Part shown: positions 32,201 through 41,806 of the stretch, piece by piece | Numbering within the stretch: the stretch's first letter is position 1 | Layout: the number at the start of each line of letters is the position of its first letter | Notes under the pieces: generated by a model | Told to the model about the DNA's origin: nothing | What the model saw: only the letters and a program-made list of their open reading frames with translations | The model's database searches: none | From: an uncultured delta proteobacterium | Lineage (GTDB): Bacteria; Desulfobacterota; Binatia; HRBIN30; BPIQ01 | NCBI GenBank assembly: GCA_963761335.1 | Contig: CAVXGR010000017.1 | Coordinates: forward strand, 256,001-320,000 | Reading direction: 5' to 3' | DNA length: 64,000 nt | Translations under genes and position numbers: made by a program

Positions 32201-32779
32201 TCAGTGGCGCGTGCGGCGGTCGCCGCGCACGGGAATCAGCCCTTGGCGCCGCAGCCACGCCTCGTCGCGCCGGTTGTGCGTACACAGCCAGCGGGTGTAG
32301 CTGCGCACCAGCCGGTGCTCGCTGCGAAAGATCTCATTGAAGCTGATGTCACTGAGCACGTCGACGAAGTCGGGGAAGCGCTCGGCGAGCTCGGCAAAGG
32401 GCTTGCCCCTGGACGGCGGGTCGGCGGAGGCCAGCCGGCCATACGCCATGCGCCCCAGGGTCATGTAGTACTCGCAGCCGACCGCGGTCCTCTCCAGCGA
32501 TTCCATGAACATGCCGGTGACGAACAGCGAGGTGTCGGCCACCTTCTTGAGCTTGGTGTAGCGGTGGCTGCCCGGAGCGTGAAACGACTCCAGGTACTCC
32601 ATCGCCAGCGGCCGGTCGAACCAGTCGTGACGGGGATGGGCGAAGGCCTCGAGCAGCTTCACCAGGTAGAACTCCGTGTCCTCGCTGGAGCGGACGGAGT
32701 GCGTCGACATTGCCGCCTGCACGAGCTCGCGGAAGAATTCTGTCAGGTTACTGCTCAGAAGCTGGCTCGAATGCCGCAC
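32201..32779 (-). CDS. Conserved hypothetical protein
   Basis: EFFRELV, EFYLV.LL, DTSLFVTGMF.ESL, YY..LG..AY; protein-like composition; GTG start inferred. Confidence 0.7.
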   Translation of the reverse strand: MRHSSQLLSSNLTEFFRELVQAAMSTHSVRSSEDTEFYLVKLLEAFAHPRHDWFDRPLAMEYLESFHAPGSHRYTKLKKVADTSLFVTGMFMESLERTAVGCEYYMTLGRMAYGRLASADPPSRGKPFAELAERFPDFVDVLSDISFNEIFRSEHRLVRSYTRWLCTHNRRDEAWLRRQGLIPVRGDRRTRH

Positions 32780-32879
32780 AAGCCGTATTGTCGTGAACGT
32801 ATTTGCCAAAAGCAAGAAAGAATGGTGCGGTAGCGGCTGACCCGGCCGGCCAGTCTCTCCACTCTTCCCCGCACGTGAA

Positions 32880-32908
32880 TTGTGGGGCGGGGTCGGCTCC
32901 GCTATAAT
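32880..32908 (+). promoter_or_regulatory. Promoter candidate TTGTGG-N17-TATAAT for ctpA
   Basis: Perfect -10 hexamer at 32903-32908. Confidence 0.5.
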
Positions 32909-32928
32909 CCGGCAGTCTCGCACGTGAG

Positions 32929-34314
32929 ATGAGAGGATACCCGAAAAAGATGAAGCTTCGCCGACGAACGATCACCGTTGCTGGGACCCTGGCGATCATG
33001 TGCGCCTTCCTGCTGGGAGGGCGCGCCGTAGAGACGGTCTCGGCGGTGTCGAAGGATGCCTACGACAACGTCGAGCTCTTCGCCAATGTTCTCACCATGG
33101 TGCAGAAGAACTACGTCGATGAGGTGTCGACCAAGCAGCTGATCGAGGGAGCCATCACCGGCATGCTCAATGCCCTCGACCCGCACAGCGCCTACCTGGC
33201 GCCGGAGTTCTACAACGAGCTGCAGGTGGACACCCGCGGCAGCTTTGGTGGGCTGGGCATCGAGATCACCCTGCGCAACGGACTGCTCACCGTGGTCGCT
33301 CCGATCGAGGACACCCCGGCCGACCGCGCCGGCATCAAAGCCGAGGACCAGATCATCAAGATCGAGGACGAGTTCACCAAGGATATGACCCTGGTGGACG
33401 CGGTCCGCAAGATGCGCGGCCCCAAGGGGAGCAAGGTGCATCTCACGGTGCGGCGCGAGGGCGTTTCCGATTTTCTCAATCTGACGCTGACCCGCGAGGT
33501 GATCAAGATCAAGAGCGTCAAGTCGCGCACTCTCGAGAAGGGCTACGGCTATCTGCGCATCACCCAGTTCCAGGAGCGCACCGCCACTGACATGCAGAAG
33601 GCCCTCGAGAAGATGGAGCGGGAGAACGGCGGCACCCTCTCGGGGCTGGTTCTCGACCTGCGCAACAATCCCGGTGGGCTGCTGACCCAGGCCATCAAGG
33701 TGTCCGACACCTTCCTCGACAGCGGCCTGATCGTCTACACCGAGGGCCGTCTGGAGAATCAGAAGCAGAAATACTTTGCCCACAAGGCCGGTAGCCACAG
33801 TGATTACCCGATGGTGGTCCTGGTGAACAGCGGCAGCGCCAGCGCCTCGGAGATCGTCGCCGGGGCCCTTCAGGATCACAAGCGCGGCCTGGTGCTCGGC
33901 ACACAGACGTTCGGCAAGGGATCCGTGCAGACCATCCTGCCCCTCGACGACAAGTCGGCGATCCGACTGACCACGGCGCGCTACTACACGCCCAACGGCC
34001 GCTCGATTCAGGCGACCGGAATCACGCCCGATATCGTCATGGACAACGTGGTTGCCTCCGCCGACGGCAGCTCGCCGATGAGCCGCATTCCGCTGCGCGA
34101 GGAGAACCTGCCGCATCATTTTGAGCACCCCGGGGGCGAGGGCGGCCAGCAGCAAGCGCCGTCGCAGGAGGAGAAGCCGGACGTCGAGCCGCAGGAATCC
34201 GAGTCGCCCAATCAGCCGTCGGAAGCCAACGCGGACCCGCAGCTCGATCGGGCTCTCGAGCTTCTGAAGAGCTGGAACGTCTTCAAGACGGTGGTGGCGC
34301 AACGCGATAGCTGA
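32929..34314 (+). CDS. ctpA: Carboxyl-terminal processing protease (S41A; start may be 32950)
   Basis: LDPHS, PDZ (FGGLGIE), DLRNNPGGLL, SASASEIVAGALQD, TFGKGSVQ. Confidence 0.93.
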   Translation: MRGYPKKMKLRRRTITVAGTLAIMCAFLLGGRAVETVSAVSKDAYDNVELFANVLTMVQKNYVDEVSTKQLIEGAITGMLNALDPHSAYLAPEFYNELQVDTRGSFGGLGIEITLRNGLLTVVAPIEDTPADRAGIKAEDQIIKIEDEFTKDMTLVDAVRKMRGPKGSKVHLTVRREGVSDFLNLTLTREVIKIKSVKSRTLEKGYGYLRITQFQERTATDMQKALEKMERENGGTLSGLVLDLRNNPGGLLTQAIKVSDTFLDSGLIVYTEGRLENQKQKYFAHKAGSHSDYPMVVLVNSGSASASEIVAGALQDHKRGLVLGTQTFGKGSVQTILPLDDKSAIRLTTARYYTPNGRSIQATGITPDIVMDNVVASADGSSPMSRIPLREENLPHHFEHPGGEGGQQQAPSQEEKPDVEPQESESPNQPSEANADPQLDRALELLKSWNVFKTVVAQRDS

Positions 34315-34403
34315 GGCTGGCCGCAGGCGAGTGACGCTCCGACTCGGAGTTCGACCCACCCGGAATCAGCGAGCCGCGATGGACGGGAGGGCAGGCAGAC
34401 GCC

Positions 34404-35570
34404 GTGGGGATGAAAAGCCGGCGCGGTAGCTCCCCCCTGCACCCGTTCGGCTCCCTGATCGCCCTCGGCGGGGTGGCCCTTCTCGGCCTGCTCCTTTTCG
34501 CCAGCCGCCTCTATCTGGCGCAGCCGGAGCAGCGTCCGGCGCCGATTGGCCTCAGCCGCAACTGGCAACAGACGTTTCAGCAGCACCTCGATCACGTCAC
34601 CGCCGAGCTGGAAAAGGCCCCGGTCCACCTCGGCGAGCCGGAGCTCCAGCCACAGGGCAGTGGCGATGTCCAATGGTCGCACCGCCAGTACCGCGCCGAG
34701 CTGGTTCCCGCCGACGTCGACCGCGTGAAGCAGCTCCTCGGGTCGCTGCACGACGCCGACCCCGCGGTCACGGTCTCCCTGAAGGAGAACGCCGACGGCT
34801 TCCGCGGCAACATCGGCGTCGACGGTCTGCTGACCCACACCGTGGAGGTGCACTGGAAGCGCGCCGGCGACGGCCCGCCGCGGGTGGCGGTGATCATCGA
34901 CGATCTCGGCAACGACATGCTGGTGGCGCGCTCGCTGGTGTCCATCGATCTGCCGATCGCCTTCGCGATCATGCCTTTCCGGCCCTTTTCGCACGAGGTG
35001 GCGCAGATGGCGCGGCTCTTCGATCACGAGGTGCTGTTGCACCTGCCGATGGAAGCGGAGAACGAGCTCGACTACGGCGACAAGAGCGTGCTGCGCACCG
35101 ACGCGACCCAGAAGGAGATCGCTCGCCAGGTGGAGAGCAGCCTGGATGACGTGCCCAACGTCGTCGGCGTCAATAACCACATGGGGTCCCGCTTCACCCA
35201 GGACCGGCAGCGGATGACCTGGGTGCTGCAGCTGCTCAAGCAGCACCACCTGTTCTTCGTCGACAGCCTCACCACGGCCGACAGCGTCGGCCGTGAAGTG
35301 GCGGCCGAGGTCGAGGTTCCCTACCTGGAGCGCCAGGTGTTCCTCGACAACCCCGATGACGAGAAGACGGTCTACACCAGGCTCGCCGAGCTCCTCGATC
35401 TCGCCAAGCACCGCGGCAAAGCGATCGGCATCGGACATCCGCGTCCGAGCACCGTCGAGGCGCTGCGCACCTTCGGCAAGATGGCGCAGGAGCAGGGCGT
35501 GGAAATCGTGCCGCTCTCGGCGCTTCTGAGCCCGGCTTCGTCCGCAGAGACCGCCCGCGCCGGCCACTGA
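34404..35570 (+). CDS. Divergent polysaccharide deacetylase family protein
   Basis: VIIDDLG, LHLPME, GVNNHMGS, FVDSLT, FLDN, IGIGH. Confidence 0.9.
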   Translation: MGMKSRRGSSPLHPFGSLIALGGVALLGLLLFASRLYLAQPEQRPAPIGLSRNWQQTFQQHLDHVTAELEKAPVHLGEPELQPQGSGDVQWSHRQYRAELVPADVDRVKQLLGSLHDADPAVTVSLKENADGFRGNIGVDGLLTHTVEVHWKRAGDGPPRVAVIIDDLGNDMLVARSLVSIDLPIAFAIMPFRPFSHEVAQMARLFDHEVLLHLPMEAENELDYGDKSVLRTDATQKEIARQVESSLDDVPNVVGVNNHMGSRFTQDRQRMTWVLQLLKQHHLFFVDSLTTADSVGREVAAEVEVPYLERQVFLDNPDDEKTVYTRLAELLDLAKHRGKAIGIGHPRPSTVEALRTFGKMAQEQGVEIVPLSALLSPASSAETARAGH

Positions 35571-35651
35571 CATCGCGATCGGCCGCTAGCCCGCATTTCT
35601 CACCGGCTTTTGGAACCTTGTCCCGGGCCCGGTCTTTGTTAGAGTTGCGCC

Positions 35652-36860
35652 ATGCAGCTGCCCCTTACCGCGCCCGCCCCCCGCGTCCTCTCGGTGACCG
35701 ACCTGGCGCGCCGCATCCGCAGCGCCCTGGAGAACCTCGCGGAGGTGTGGGTGGCCGGGGAGATCTCCAACTTCCGCGCCCCCTCCTCGGGGCATTTCTA
35801 TTTCTGCCTGAAGGACGACCGCAGCCAGATCGCCGCCGTGATGTTCCGTACGGCAAACCGCCTGCTCCCGTTCCGGCCGGCGGACGGCCTCGAGGTCGTC
35901 GTGCGCGGCCGCATCAGCCTGTACGACGTGCGCGGCGACCTGCAGCTTTACGTCGACAGCATGGAGCCGCGCGGCGCCGGCGGCTTGCAGCTCGCCCTGG
36001 AGCAGCTCAAGTCCAAGCTCGCCGCCGAGGGATTGTTCGCCGCGGAACGCAAGCGGGCGCTGCCGCGCTGGCCGCGGTCCGTCGGTCTGGTCACCGCTCT
36101 CACCGGTGCCGCTGTGCACGACATGCTCACCGTCCTGCGGGAGCGGTGGCCGGTGGCGCGCGTGGTGATCAGCCCGGTGCGCGTGCAGGGGAAGGCCGCG
36201 GGCGCCGACATCGAGGCGGCGCTGTCCGCGATCTGCCGCGTCGAGGGCATCGACGTCGTCATTGTCGGCCGCGGCGGCGGCTCGGTGGAAGACCTGTGGG
36301 CGTTCAACGAGGAACGGGTGGCGCGCGCCATTGCCGCCTGCCCCGTCCCCGTGGTCTCGGCGGTGGGGCACGAGATCGACATCACCGTCGCCGATCTGGT
36401 CGCCGACTGCCGCGCCCCGACGCCGACGGCGGCAGCAGCCCTCGTCGTCCCGGACCGCGCCCATCTGCGGCCGCAGCTCGAGGACGCGCAGCTCTTGCTC
36501 GGCGCCGCCGTGCAGCGACGCCTGCGAAAGGGGCGCGAGCAGGTGGAGTCGCTGCAGAGGCAGCTCCGCGACCCGCGCCGCGCCCTCGAGGTGCTGCGCC
36601 AGCGCGTCGACGAGCTCGGTGAACGGGCCGCGGGAGCGGTGACGCAGAGGCTGCGCTGGGCCGATCACCGCGCCCGCGCCGCCGAGGGCCGCTTGCAGGC
36701 GCTGAGTCCGCTGGCGGTCCTTGATCGCGGCTACAGCATCGCGCAACGCGCCGACGGCCACGTGGTCCGCGGCGCCGACGAGGTGCAGCCAAAGGAGGAG
36801 CTGACGCTGCGCTTTGCCCGCGGGCGGGCGCGCGTGCGCGTCGAGGAGCGGCAGTCGTGA
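35652..36860 (+). CDS. xseA: Exodeoxyribonuclease VII large subunit
   Basis: GEISN, SGH.YF.LKD, RGGGS.EDLWAFNEE, GHEID, TPTAAA, L.RGY. Confidence 0.96.
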   Translation: MQLPLTAPAPRVLSVTDLARRIRSALENLAEVWVAGEISNFRAPSSGHFYFCLKDDRSQIAAVMFRTANRLLPFRPADGLEVVVRGRISLYDVRGDLQLYVDSMEPRGAGGLQLALEQLKSKLAAEGLFAAERKRALPRWPRSVGLVTALTGAAVHDMLTVLRERWPVARVVISPVRVQGKAAGADIEAALSAICRVEGIDVVIVGRGGGSVEDLWAFNEERVARAIAACPVPVVSAVGHEIDITVADLVADCRAPTPTAAAALVVPDRAHLRPQLEDAQLLLGAAVQRRLRKGREQVESLQRQLRDPRRALEVLRQRVDELGERAAGAVTQRLRWADHRARAAEGRLQALSPLAVLDRGYSIAQRADGHVVRGADEVQPKEELTLRFARGRARVRVEERQS

Positions 36861-36900
36861 CCGCTTCGCCCATGGCCGACGGCCGGCCCCAGAAGAGGTG

Positions 36901-37146
36901 ATGATGGCGGAAGAGAAGCAGATAACCTTTGAAGAGAGCCTGGCGGAGCTGGAGACGATCGTGCGCGGTCTGGAAGCCGGCGAGCTGCCTCTGGAAGACG
37001 CCCTTGGCGCCTTCGAGCGCGGCGTTGGCCTGGTCCGCCGACTGCATGCGCTCCTCGACGACGCCGAGCAACGCGTCGAGGTTCTCGGGCGGGACGGCGA
37101 AGGCCGGCTCCGCCTCACCGCCCTCACGGCCAAGGACACGCCTTGA
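36901..37146 (+). CDS. xseB: Exodeoxyribonuclease VII small subunit
   Basis: FEESL.ELE.IV..LE.G.L.LE..L..FERG..L. Confidence 0.93.
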   Translation: MMAEEKQITFEESLAELETIVRGLEAGELPLEDALGAFERGVGLVRRLHALLDDAEQRVEVLGRDGEGRLRLTALTAKDTP

Positions 37147-38039
37147 ACTTCGCTGCCTGGGCCGAGAAGAAGCGCCAGCTCCTCGAGGTCGCCCTCGGGG
37201 AATACTTCCCCGCCGAACGGCATCAGCCGTACGCGCTGCACCGCGCCATCCGCTACAGTCTTCTCGATGGCGGCAAGCGCATCCGGCCGCTGCTGATGCT
37301 GGCTGCGGCGGAAGCCGTGGGGGGGCGCGGCGGCGCGGTTCTGCCCTTCGCCTGCGCGCTGGAGATGATCCACACCTACTCGCTGATCCACGACGATCTG
37401 CCGGCCATGGACGACGACCGGCTGCGGCGCGGCAAGCCGACCAGCCATGTCGTCTTCGGCGAGGCGATGGCGGTTCTGGCCGGCGATGCGCTGCTGACCG
37501 AGGCCTTCCGCGTGATGAGCGAGGGCGACGCCATTCGCACTCTGCCGCCCAAGCGGGTGCTCGCCGCCATCAGCACCATTGCCGAGGCGGCGGGCCTCCA
37601 CGGCATGGTCGCCGGGCAGGTCGCCGACCTCGAGGCGGAGGGCAAGGAGCTCGATCTGCCAACCGTGGAGTTCATCCACGTGCGCAAAACGGGAGCGCTG
37701 ATCCTGGCCGCCGTCCGCGTCGGCGCCCTGCTCTGCGGGGCGCGGCCGGCGGCGTTGCGGCGCCTGATGCGCTATGCCGAGTATCTCGGCCTCGCCTTCC
37801 AAGTGGTCGACGACGTTCTCGACGCCGAGGGAGCCCCGGAAAAGACTGGCAAGGAGGGCGGCGGCGATCAGCGGCATCACAAGGCGACCTATGCCTCCGT
37901 TCTCGGCGTCGCCGCCGCCAAGGAGAGGGCGATCGAGCTGCGCGAGCTGGCACTCGGCGAGATCGGCCACTTCGGCCGGCGTGCGGAGGCCTTGCGCGAA
38001 CTTGCCCGCTCGGTGGTGGCGCGCGCCCTGGAACCCTGA
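37143..38039 (+). CDS. ispA: Farnesyl/geranyl diphosphate synthase
   Basis: GGKRIRP, IHDDLPAMDDD..RRG, GQ..D, FQVVDDVLD, GK..G.D. Confidence 0.93.
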   Translation: MNFAAWAEKKRQLLEVALGEYFPAERHQPYALHRAIRYSLLDGGKRIRPLLMLAAAEAVGGRGGAVLPFACALEMIHTYSLIHDDLPAMDDDRLRRGKPTSHVVFGEAMAVLAGDALLTEAFRVMSEGDAIRTLPPKRVLAAISTIAEAAGLHGMVAGQVADLEAEGKELDLPTVEFIHVRKTGALILAAVRVGALLCGARPAALRRLMRYAEYLGLAFQVVDDVLDAEGAPEKTGKEGGGDQRHHKATYASVLGVAAAKERAIELRELALGEIGHFGRRAEALRELARSVVARALEP

Positions 38040-38785
38040 TGGCGACCCGCCAGCGACTCGACCGGCTGGTCGTCGAGCGCGGCCTGGCGGCGAGTCGCGA
38101 TCGCGCCCAGCGGCTGATCATGAGCGGCGAGGTGCGGGTTGCCGGGCGTGTGGTCGACAAGCCGGGGGCGCTGGTCGAGGCGGGCGCCGAGCTGGCGGTC
38201 AGCGGCTCGGACATTCCCTATGTCAGCCGCGGCGGCCTCAAGCTCGAGGGAGCTTTGCGCCAATGGCCCCTCGACCTCCGCGGCCGCATCGCGCTGGATG
38301 TCGGTGCCTCCACCGGCGGCTTCACCGATTGCCTGCTGCAGCGCGGTACGGCTCGCGTCATCGCCGTCGACGTCGGTTACGGGCAGCTCGCTTGGAGCCT
38401 GCGCCAGGACCCGCGCGTGACCCTGCTCGAGCGCACCAACATCCGCAATCTGCGCCCGGAGGCGCTTCCGGAAGTTCCCGAGCTGGCGGTGATCGACGTC
38501 TCGTTCATCTCGCTGCGCCTGGTTCTCCCCGTCGTCGGCGCCCTGCTGGCGCCCGGCTCGCCGGTGCTGGCGCTGGTGAAGCCGCAGTTCGAGGTCGGCA
38601 GGGGGCAGGTGGGAAAGGGGGGCGTGGTGCGCGACCCCGCCCTCCAGCGGCAGGCCGTGGAGGCGATCGCCGCCTGGGCTCGCGACCTCGGCATGGCGGT
38701 CTGCGGCCAGACCGAGTCGCCGATCCTCGGGCCCAAGGGCAACCGCGAGTTCTTCCTGTGCCTGGGGACGCCCTTGGCGAGCTGA
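38039..38785 (+). CDS. tlyA: TlyA family rRNA 2'-O-methyltransferase
   Basis: S4 domain, YVSRGGLKL, DVGASTGGFTD, DVSFISL, KPQFE, GN.E. Confidence 0.94.
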   Translation: MATRQRLDRLVVERGLAASRDRAQRLIMSGEVRVAGRVVDKPGALVEAGAELAVSGSDIPYVSRGGLKLEGALRQWPLDLRGRIALDVGASTGGFTDCLLQRGTARVIAVDVGYGQLAWSLRQDPRVTLLERTNIRNLRPEALPEVPELAVIDVSFISLRLVLPVVGALLAPGSPVLALVKPQFEVGRGQVGKGGVVRDPALQRQAVEAIAAWARDLGMAVCGQTESPILGPKGNREFFLCLGTPLAS

Positions 38786-38813
38786 GCCTACCTGGTGTAC
38801 ACCTGCGGCCGCG

Positions 38814-39461
38814 ATGGATCTGACTCGCTTCCGCCGCCTTCCCCTGCTGGGCATTCTTCGGGGGATTCGTCTCGAGAACGTCGTGCCGCTGGTCGAGGCA
38901 ACCGCCGGCGCCGGCCTCGAGGCGATCGAGATCACCATGAACACCGCCGGGGCCCCGGCCCTGATCGGCCGCATGGTGGCTGAGGCCGCCGGCCGGCTGA
39001 TGATCGGTGCCGGCACGGTGCTCGGTACCGACGACCTCGACCGGGCTCTAGATGCCGGCGCCAGCTTCGCGGTGATGCCGGTGTTGATCCCGCAGGTCGT
39101 CGAGCGCTGCGCGGCGAGAGGTATTCCCGCCTTCCCCGGCGCGCTTACCCCGCAGGAGATCTTTGCCGCCTGGAGGGCTGGCGCCGCCATGGTGAAGGTC
39201 TTTCCGGCAAGCTGCTTCGGCCCGGGGTACATGAAGGAGATCAAGGGTCCCTTCGGCGACCTCGAGCTTCTCGCCTGCGGCGGTGTCAATGCCGAGAACC
39301 TGGCGAGCTATCTCGCCGCGGGAGCCTCGGCCGCCGCCTTCGGCGGCAGCATCTTCCGCCCCGAGTGGCTGGCGCAGGGGGATTACTCCCACATCGGTGC
39401 CGCGGTGCGAACCATGGTCGAAGCCCACCGGCAGTGGCTCGGTAGCACAGGAGCTCAGTAG
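38814..39461 (+). CDS. eda: KDPG/KHG aldolase family
   Basis: ILRG, EITM, GAGTVL, PGALTPQE, VKVFPA, GGV. Confidence 0.88.
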   Translation: MDLTRFRRLPLLGILRGIRLENVVPLVEATAGAGLEAIEITMNTAGAPALIGRMVAEAAGRLMIGAGTVLGTDDLDRALDAGASFAVMPVLIPQVVERCAARGIPAFPGALTPQEIFAAWRAGAAMVKVFPASCFGPGYMKEIKGPFGDLELLACGGVNAENLASYLAAGASAAAFGGSIFRPEWLAQGDYSHIGAAVRTMVEAHRQWLGSTGAQ

Positions 39462-39569
39462 ATCGGTGTCTCGGTGTCTCGGTGGCTCGGTTGAACTGAG
39501 AAACCGAGAAACTGAGAAACTGAGAAACTGAGAAACTGAGAAACTGAGAAACTGAGAAACTGAGAAACT
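39433..39569. repeat. 8-bp inverted tandem array (RGTGKCTC-type x7 / GAGAAACY x9, including 8 perfect GAGAAACT at 39506-39569)
   Basis: Directly visible; the left arm overlaps the 3' end of eda. Confidence 0.92.
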
Positions 39570-39651
39570 GCCCCACGTCCCCCGATTTGCTCTCGGGCCC
39601 GACGGCGCGCTAGTAATGCGGTTTGACCCAATTCGCACCGAATCGAGGTAT

Positions 39652-40647
39652 GTGACCGTGAAGACAGAGGAGAAATCGTTCGCCCGCAAGTGGATCTCGT
39701 ATCGCCCCGAGATCAAGGTGGTCGACGTTACCGTCCGCGACGGCGGGCTGATGAACGACCATCGTTTCAGCGACCAGGTCGTGCGCGGCGTCTACGAGGC
39801 CTGCGTGCAGGCCGGCCTGGACTACATGGAGATCGGCTACAAGGGCTCGAAGCGCATCTTCTCCCGCGACCAGTACGGCCCCTGGAAGTTCTGCGACGAG
39901 GTCGACATTCGCCGTATCACCGGCGACAACCAGACGCCGCTGAAGATCGCGGTGATGGCCGACGCCGAGCGCTGCGACTACCACGAGGACATCATCCCCA
40001 AGAAGGACAGCGTCATCGACATGGTGCGCGTGGCCACCTACATCCACCAGCTGCCGGTGGCGCTCGACATGGTCCGGGACGCGCGCGCCAAGGGATACGA
40101 GACCAGCGTGAACCTCATGGCCGCCTCGACCGTACCGGAGAGCGAGCTCGAGGAAGCGCTGGAGCTGCTCGCCGACTCCGAGGTGGACGTCTTCTACCTG
40201 GTGGACAGCTTCGGCGCCTTCTACAGCGAGCAGGTGCATTACCTCCTCGACCTCTACCTCAAGTACGGCACCGCCAAGGGCAAGATCGTCGGCATGCACG
40301 CCCACAACAACCAGCAGTTGGCCTACGCCAACACCATCGAGGCGGCGATCCGCGGGGCCAACTTCCTCGACAGCAGCATGGCCGGCCTCGGCCGCGGCGC
40401 CGGGAACTGCCAGACGGAGCTGCTCCTCGGCTTTCTGCACAACCCCAAGTATCGCCTGCGGCCGCTGCTACAGTGCATCCAGGAGCACATCGAGCCGCTC
40501 CGCCACGAGCTCCGCTGGGGCTTCGACATCCCCTACATGATCACCGGATTTCTCAACCAGCACCCGCGGGCGGCGATGGAGTTCAAGGCCGGCAACGATC
40601 ACGGCGACTTGGTGAAGTTCTTCGACTCGGTCATCGGATCGGAGTGA
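39652..40647 (+). CDS. DRE-TIM metallolyase, 4-hydroxy-2-oxovalerate aldolase-like
   Basis: DVTVRDGG, DSFG, HAHNNQQLAYAN, GLGRGAGN..TE; GTG start after GAGG. Confidence 0.82.
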   Translation: MTVKTEEKSFARKWISYRPEIKVVDVTVRDGGLMNDHRFSDQVVRGVYEACVQAGLDYMEIGYKGSKRIFSRDQYGPWKFCDEVDIRRITGDNQTPLKIAVMADAERCDYHEDIIPKKDSVIDMVRVATYIHQLPVALDMVRDARAKGYETSVNLMAASTVPESELEEALELLADSEVDVFYLVDSFGAFYSEQVHYLLDLYLKYGTAKGKIVGMHAHNNQQLAYANTIEAAIRGANFLDSSMAGLGRGAGNCQTELLLGFLHNPKYRLRPLLQCIQEHIEPLRHELRWGFDIPYMITGFLNQHPRAAMEFKAGNDHGDLVKFFDSVIGSE

Positions 40648-40658
40648 AGATCGCTAGC

Positions 40659-40730
40659 GAGTATGCGAGTTGTCGAGTTCTCGGGTTCGCGCCAACCCGA
40701 AAACTCGACAACCCGAAGACTCGACAAGCG
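40659..40730. repeat. 8-bp-periodic inverted array (GRGTTNTC-type x4 / GAMAACYC-type x5)
   Basis: Same unit family as 17338-17434. Confidence 0.8.
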
Positions 40731-40792
40731 CGACCGGCATCTTGCAACCGGCGGGGCGATCCGGCTAACCATCAGAGTTGGAGGCTTGAGCA

Positions 40793-41602
40793 ATGGCAGA
40801 GGATCAGAGCCTGATCGGCTGGCCGGTACTGCATCTGTACTACCGCATCGATCGCGCCCGCTGGAGCGGCCTGCCGGCGGAGCGGCGCCAGGCCGCCGTG
40901 CAGGAGTTCGAGGGCCTGCTGCGCCGCTGCGGTTCGGAGGAGGGCTTGCAGCTGATTTCCATGGCCGGCATCGCCAAGTCGGACGTCGCCTTCATGGCCG
41001 TGCATCCCGACCTGCGTCGCATTCAGCAGCTCGGCCAGGAGATCGCCGCCACCGAGCTGGGCGCCTGTCTCGTCAACGTCTACTCCTTTCTCTCGATCTC
41101 CGAGGCGAGCGAGTACATGACCAGCGCCGGCGATCACGCCCGACACCTGATCGACAAGGAAGGTCTGGATCCCGCCAGCCCCGAGTTTGCCAGCAGCCTG
41201 GGGAGCTTCCGCAAGCGGATGGCGGCCTACGCCGATGCCCGCGCGCACCCGCGTCTGCCCGACGACTTCCCGGTGCTGTGCTTCTATCCGATGCGCAAGT
41301 CGCGCACCGATGCCCGCAACTGGTACACGCTCGATTTCAACGAGCGCAAACGCTACATGGGCGGCCATGCCTCCTCCGGGAGGCGCTTTGCCGATCGCAT
41401 CACCCAGCTGATCACCAGCGCCACCGGACTCGACGATTGGGAGTGGGGCGTCACGCTGTTCTCGCGCGACCTGAAGAGCATCCGCGACATCGTCTACGAG
41501 ATGCGCTTCGACCCGGGCAGCGCCATCTACGGCGAGTTCGGACCGTTCTACATCGGCGTGCGCTTCTCGCCGGACCAGCTCGCCGCCGAGCTCAAGCTCT
41601 AG
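40793..41602 (+). CDS. hemQ: Coproheme decarboxylase ChdC/HemQ (chlorite dismutase fold)
   Basis: FYPMRK, NWY.L...ER...M..H..SGR, QLIT...GLDDWEWGVTLF, YGEFGPF. Confidence 0.8.
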   Translation: MAEDQSLIGWPVLHLYYRIDRARWSGLPAERRQAAVQEFEGLLRRCGSEEGLQLISMAGIAKSDVAFMAVHPDLRRIQQLGQEIAATELGACLVNVYSFLSISEASEYMTSAGDHARHLIDKEGLDPASPEFASSLGSFRKRMAAYADARAHPRLPDDFPVLCFYPMRKSRTDARNWYTLDFNERKRYMGGHASSGRRFADRITQLITSATGLDDWEWGVTLFSRDLKSIRDIVYEMRFDPGSAIYGEFGPFYIGVRFSPDQLAAELKL

Positions 41603-41715
41603 GAACGCGGCGCCGAGCGAAGTCTTTGGCGCGGGGGGCTCGTTCCCGCACACCGGGGGTTTCCGAAGCCGTCTTAAAACCCCTCCGCGACGACTCCCGC
41701 CGGCTCGCGGGCCGA

Positions 41716-41765
41716 GTGGAAGCGGCGTCTCGCCGCTTCGGAAAGCGCCGGGACGGCGCTTCTAC
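41716..41765. repeat. GTAG-type REP doublet (REPIN-like), copy 1 (reverse orientation)
   Basis: GTGG-AAGCGGCGTCTCGCCGCTT-CGGA-AAGCGCCGGGACGGCGCTT-CTAC. Confidence 0.85.
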
Positions 41766-41806
41766 TTTGGTTTCGCGCCAGCCTATTCAACCGCCGCTGC
41801 CGATGA

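Noticed and set aside
28352..37970. Long antisense ORFs (e.g. 901 aa at 28352-31057, 794 aa at 35586-37970) and many similar ones
   Set aside because: They lie opposite well-supported genes, have no motifs, and are expected in high-GC DNA with few stop codons.
39498..39569. CRISPR array
   Set aside because: Contiguous 8-bp units with no unique spacers and no cas genes. The same applies to 6865-6987.
39048..39716. ORFs with SVSQFLSF or SVSQYLS peptide repeats
   Set aside because: These are translation artefacts of the non-coding 8-mer arrays.
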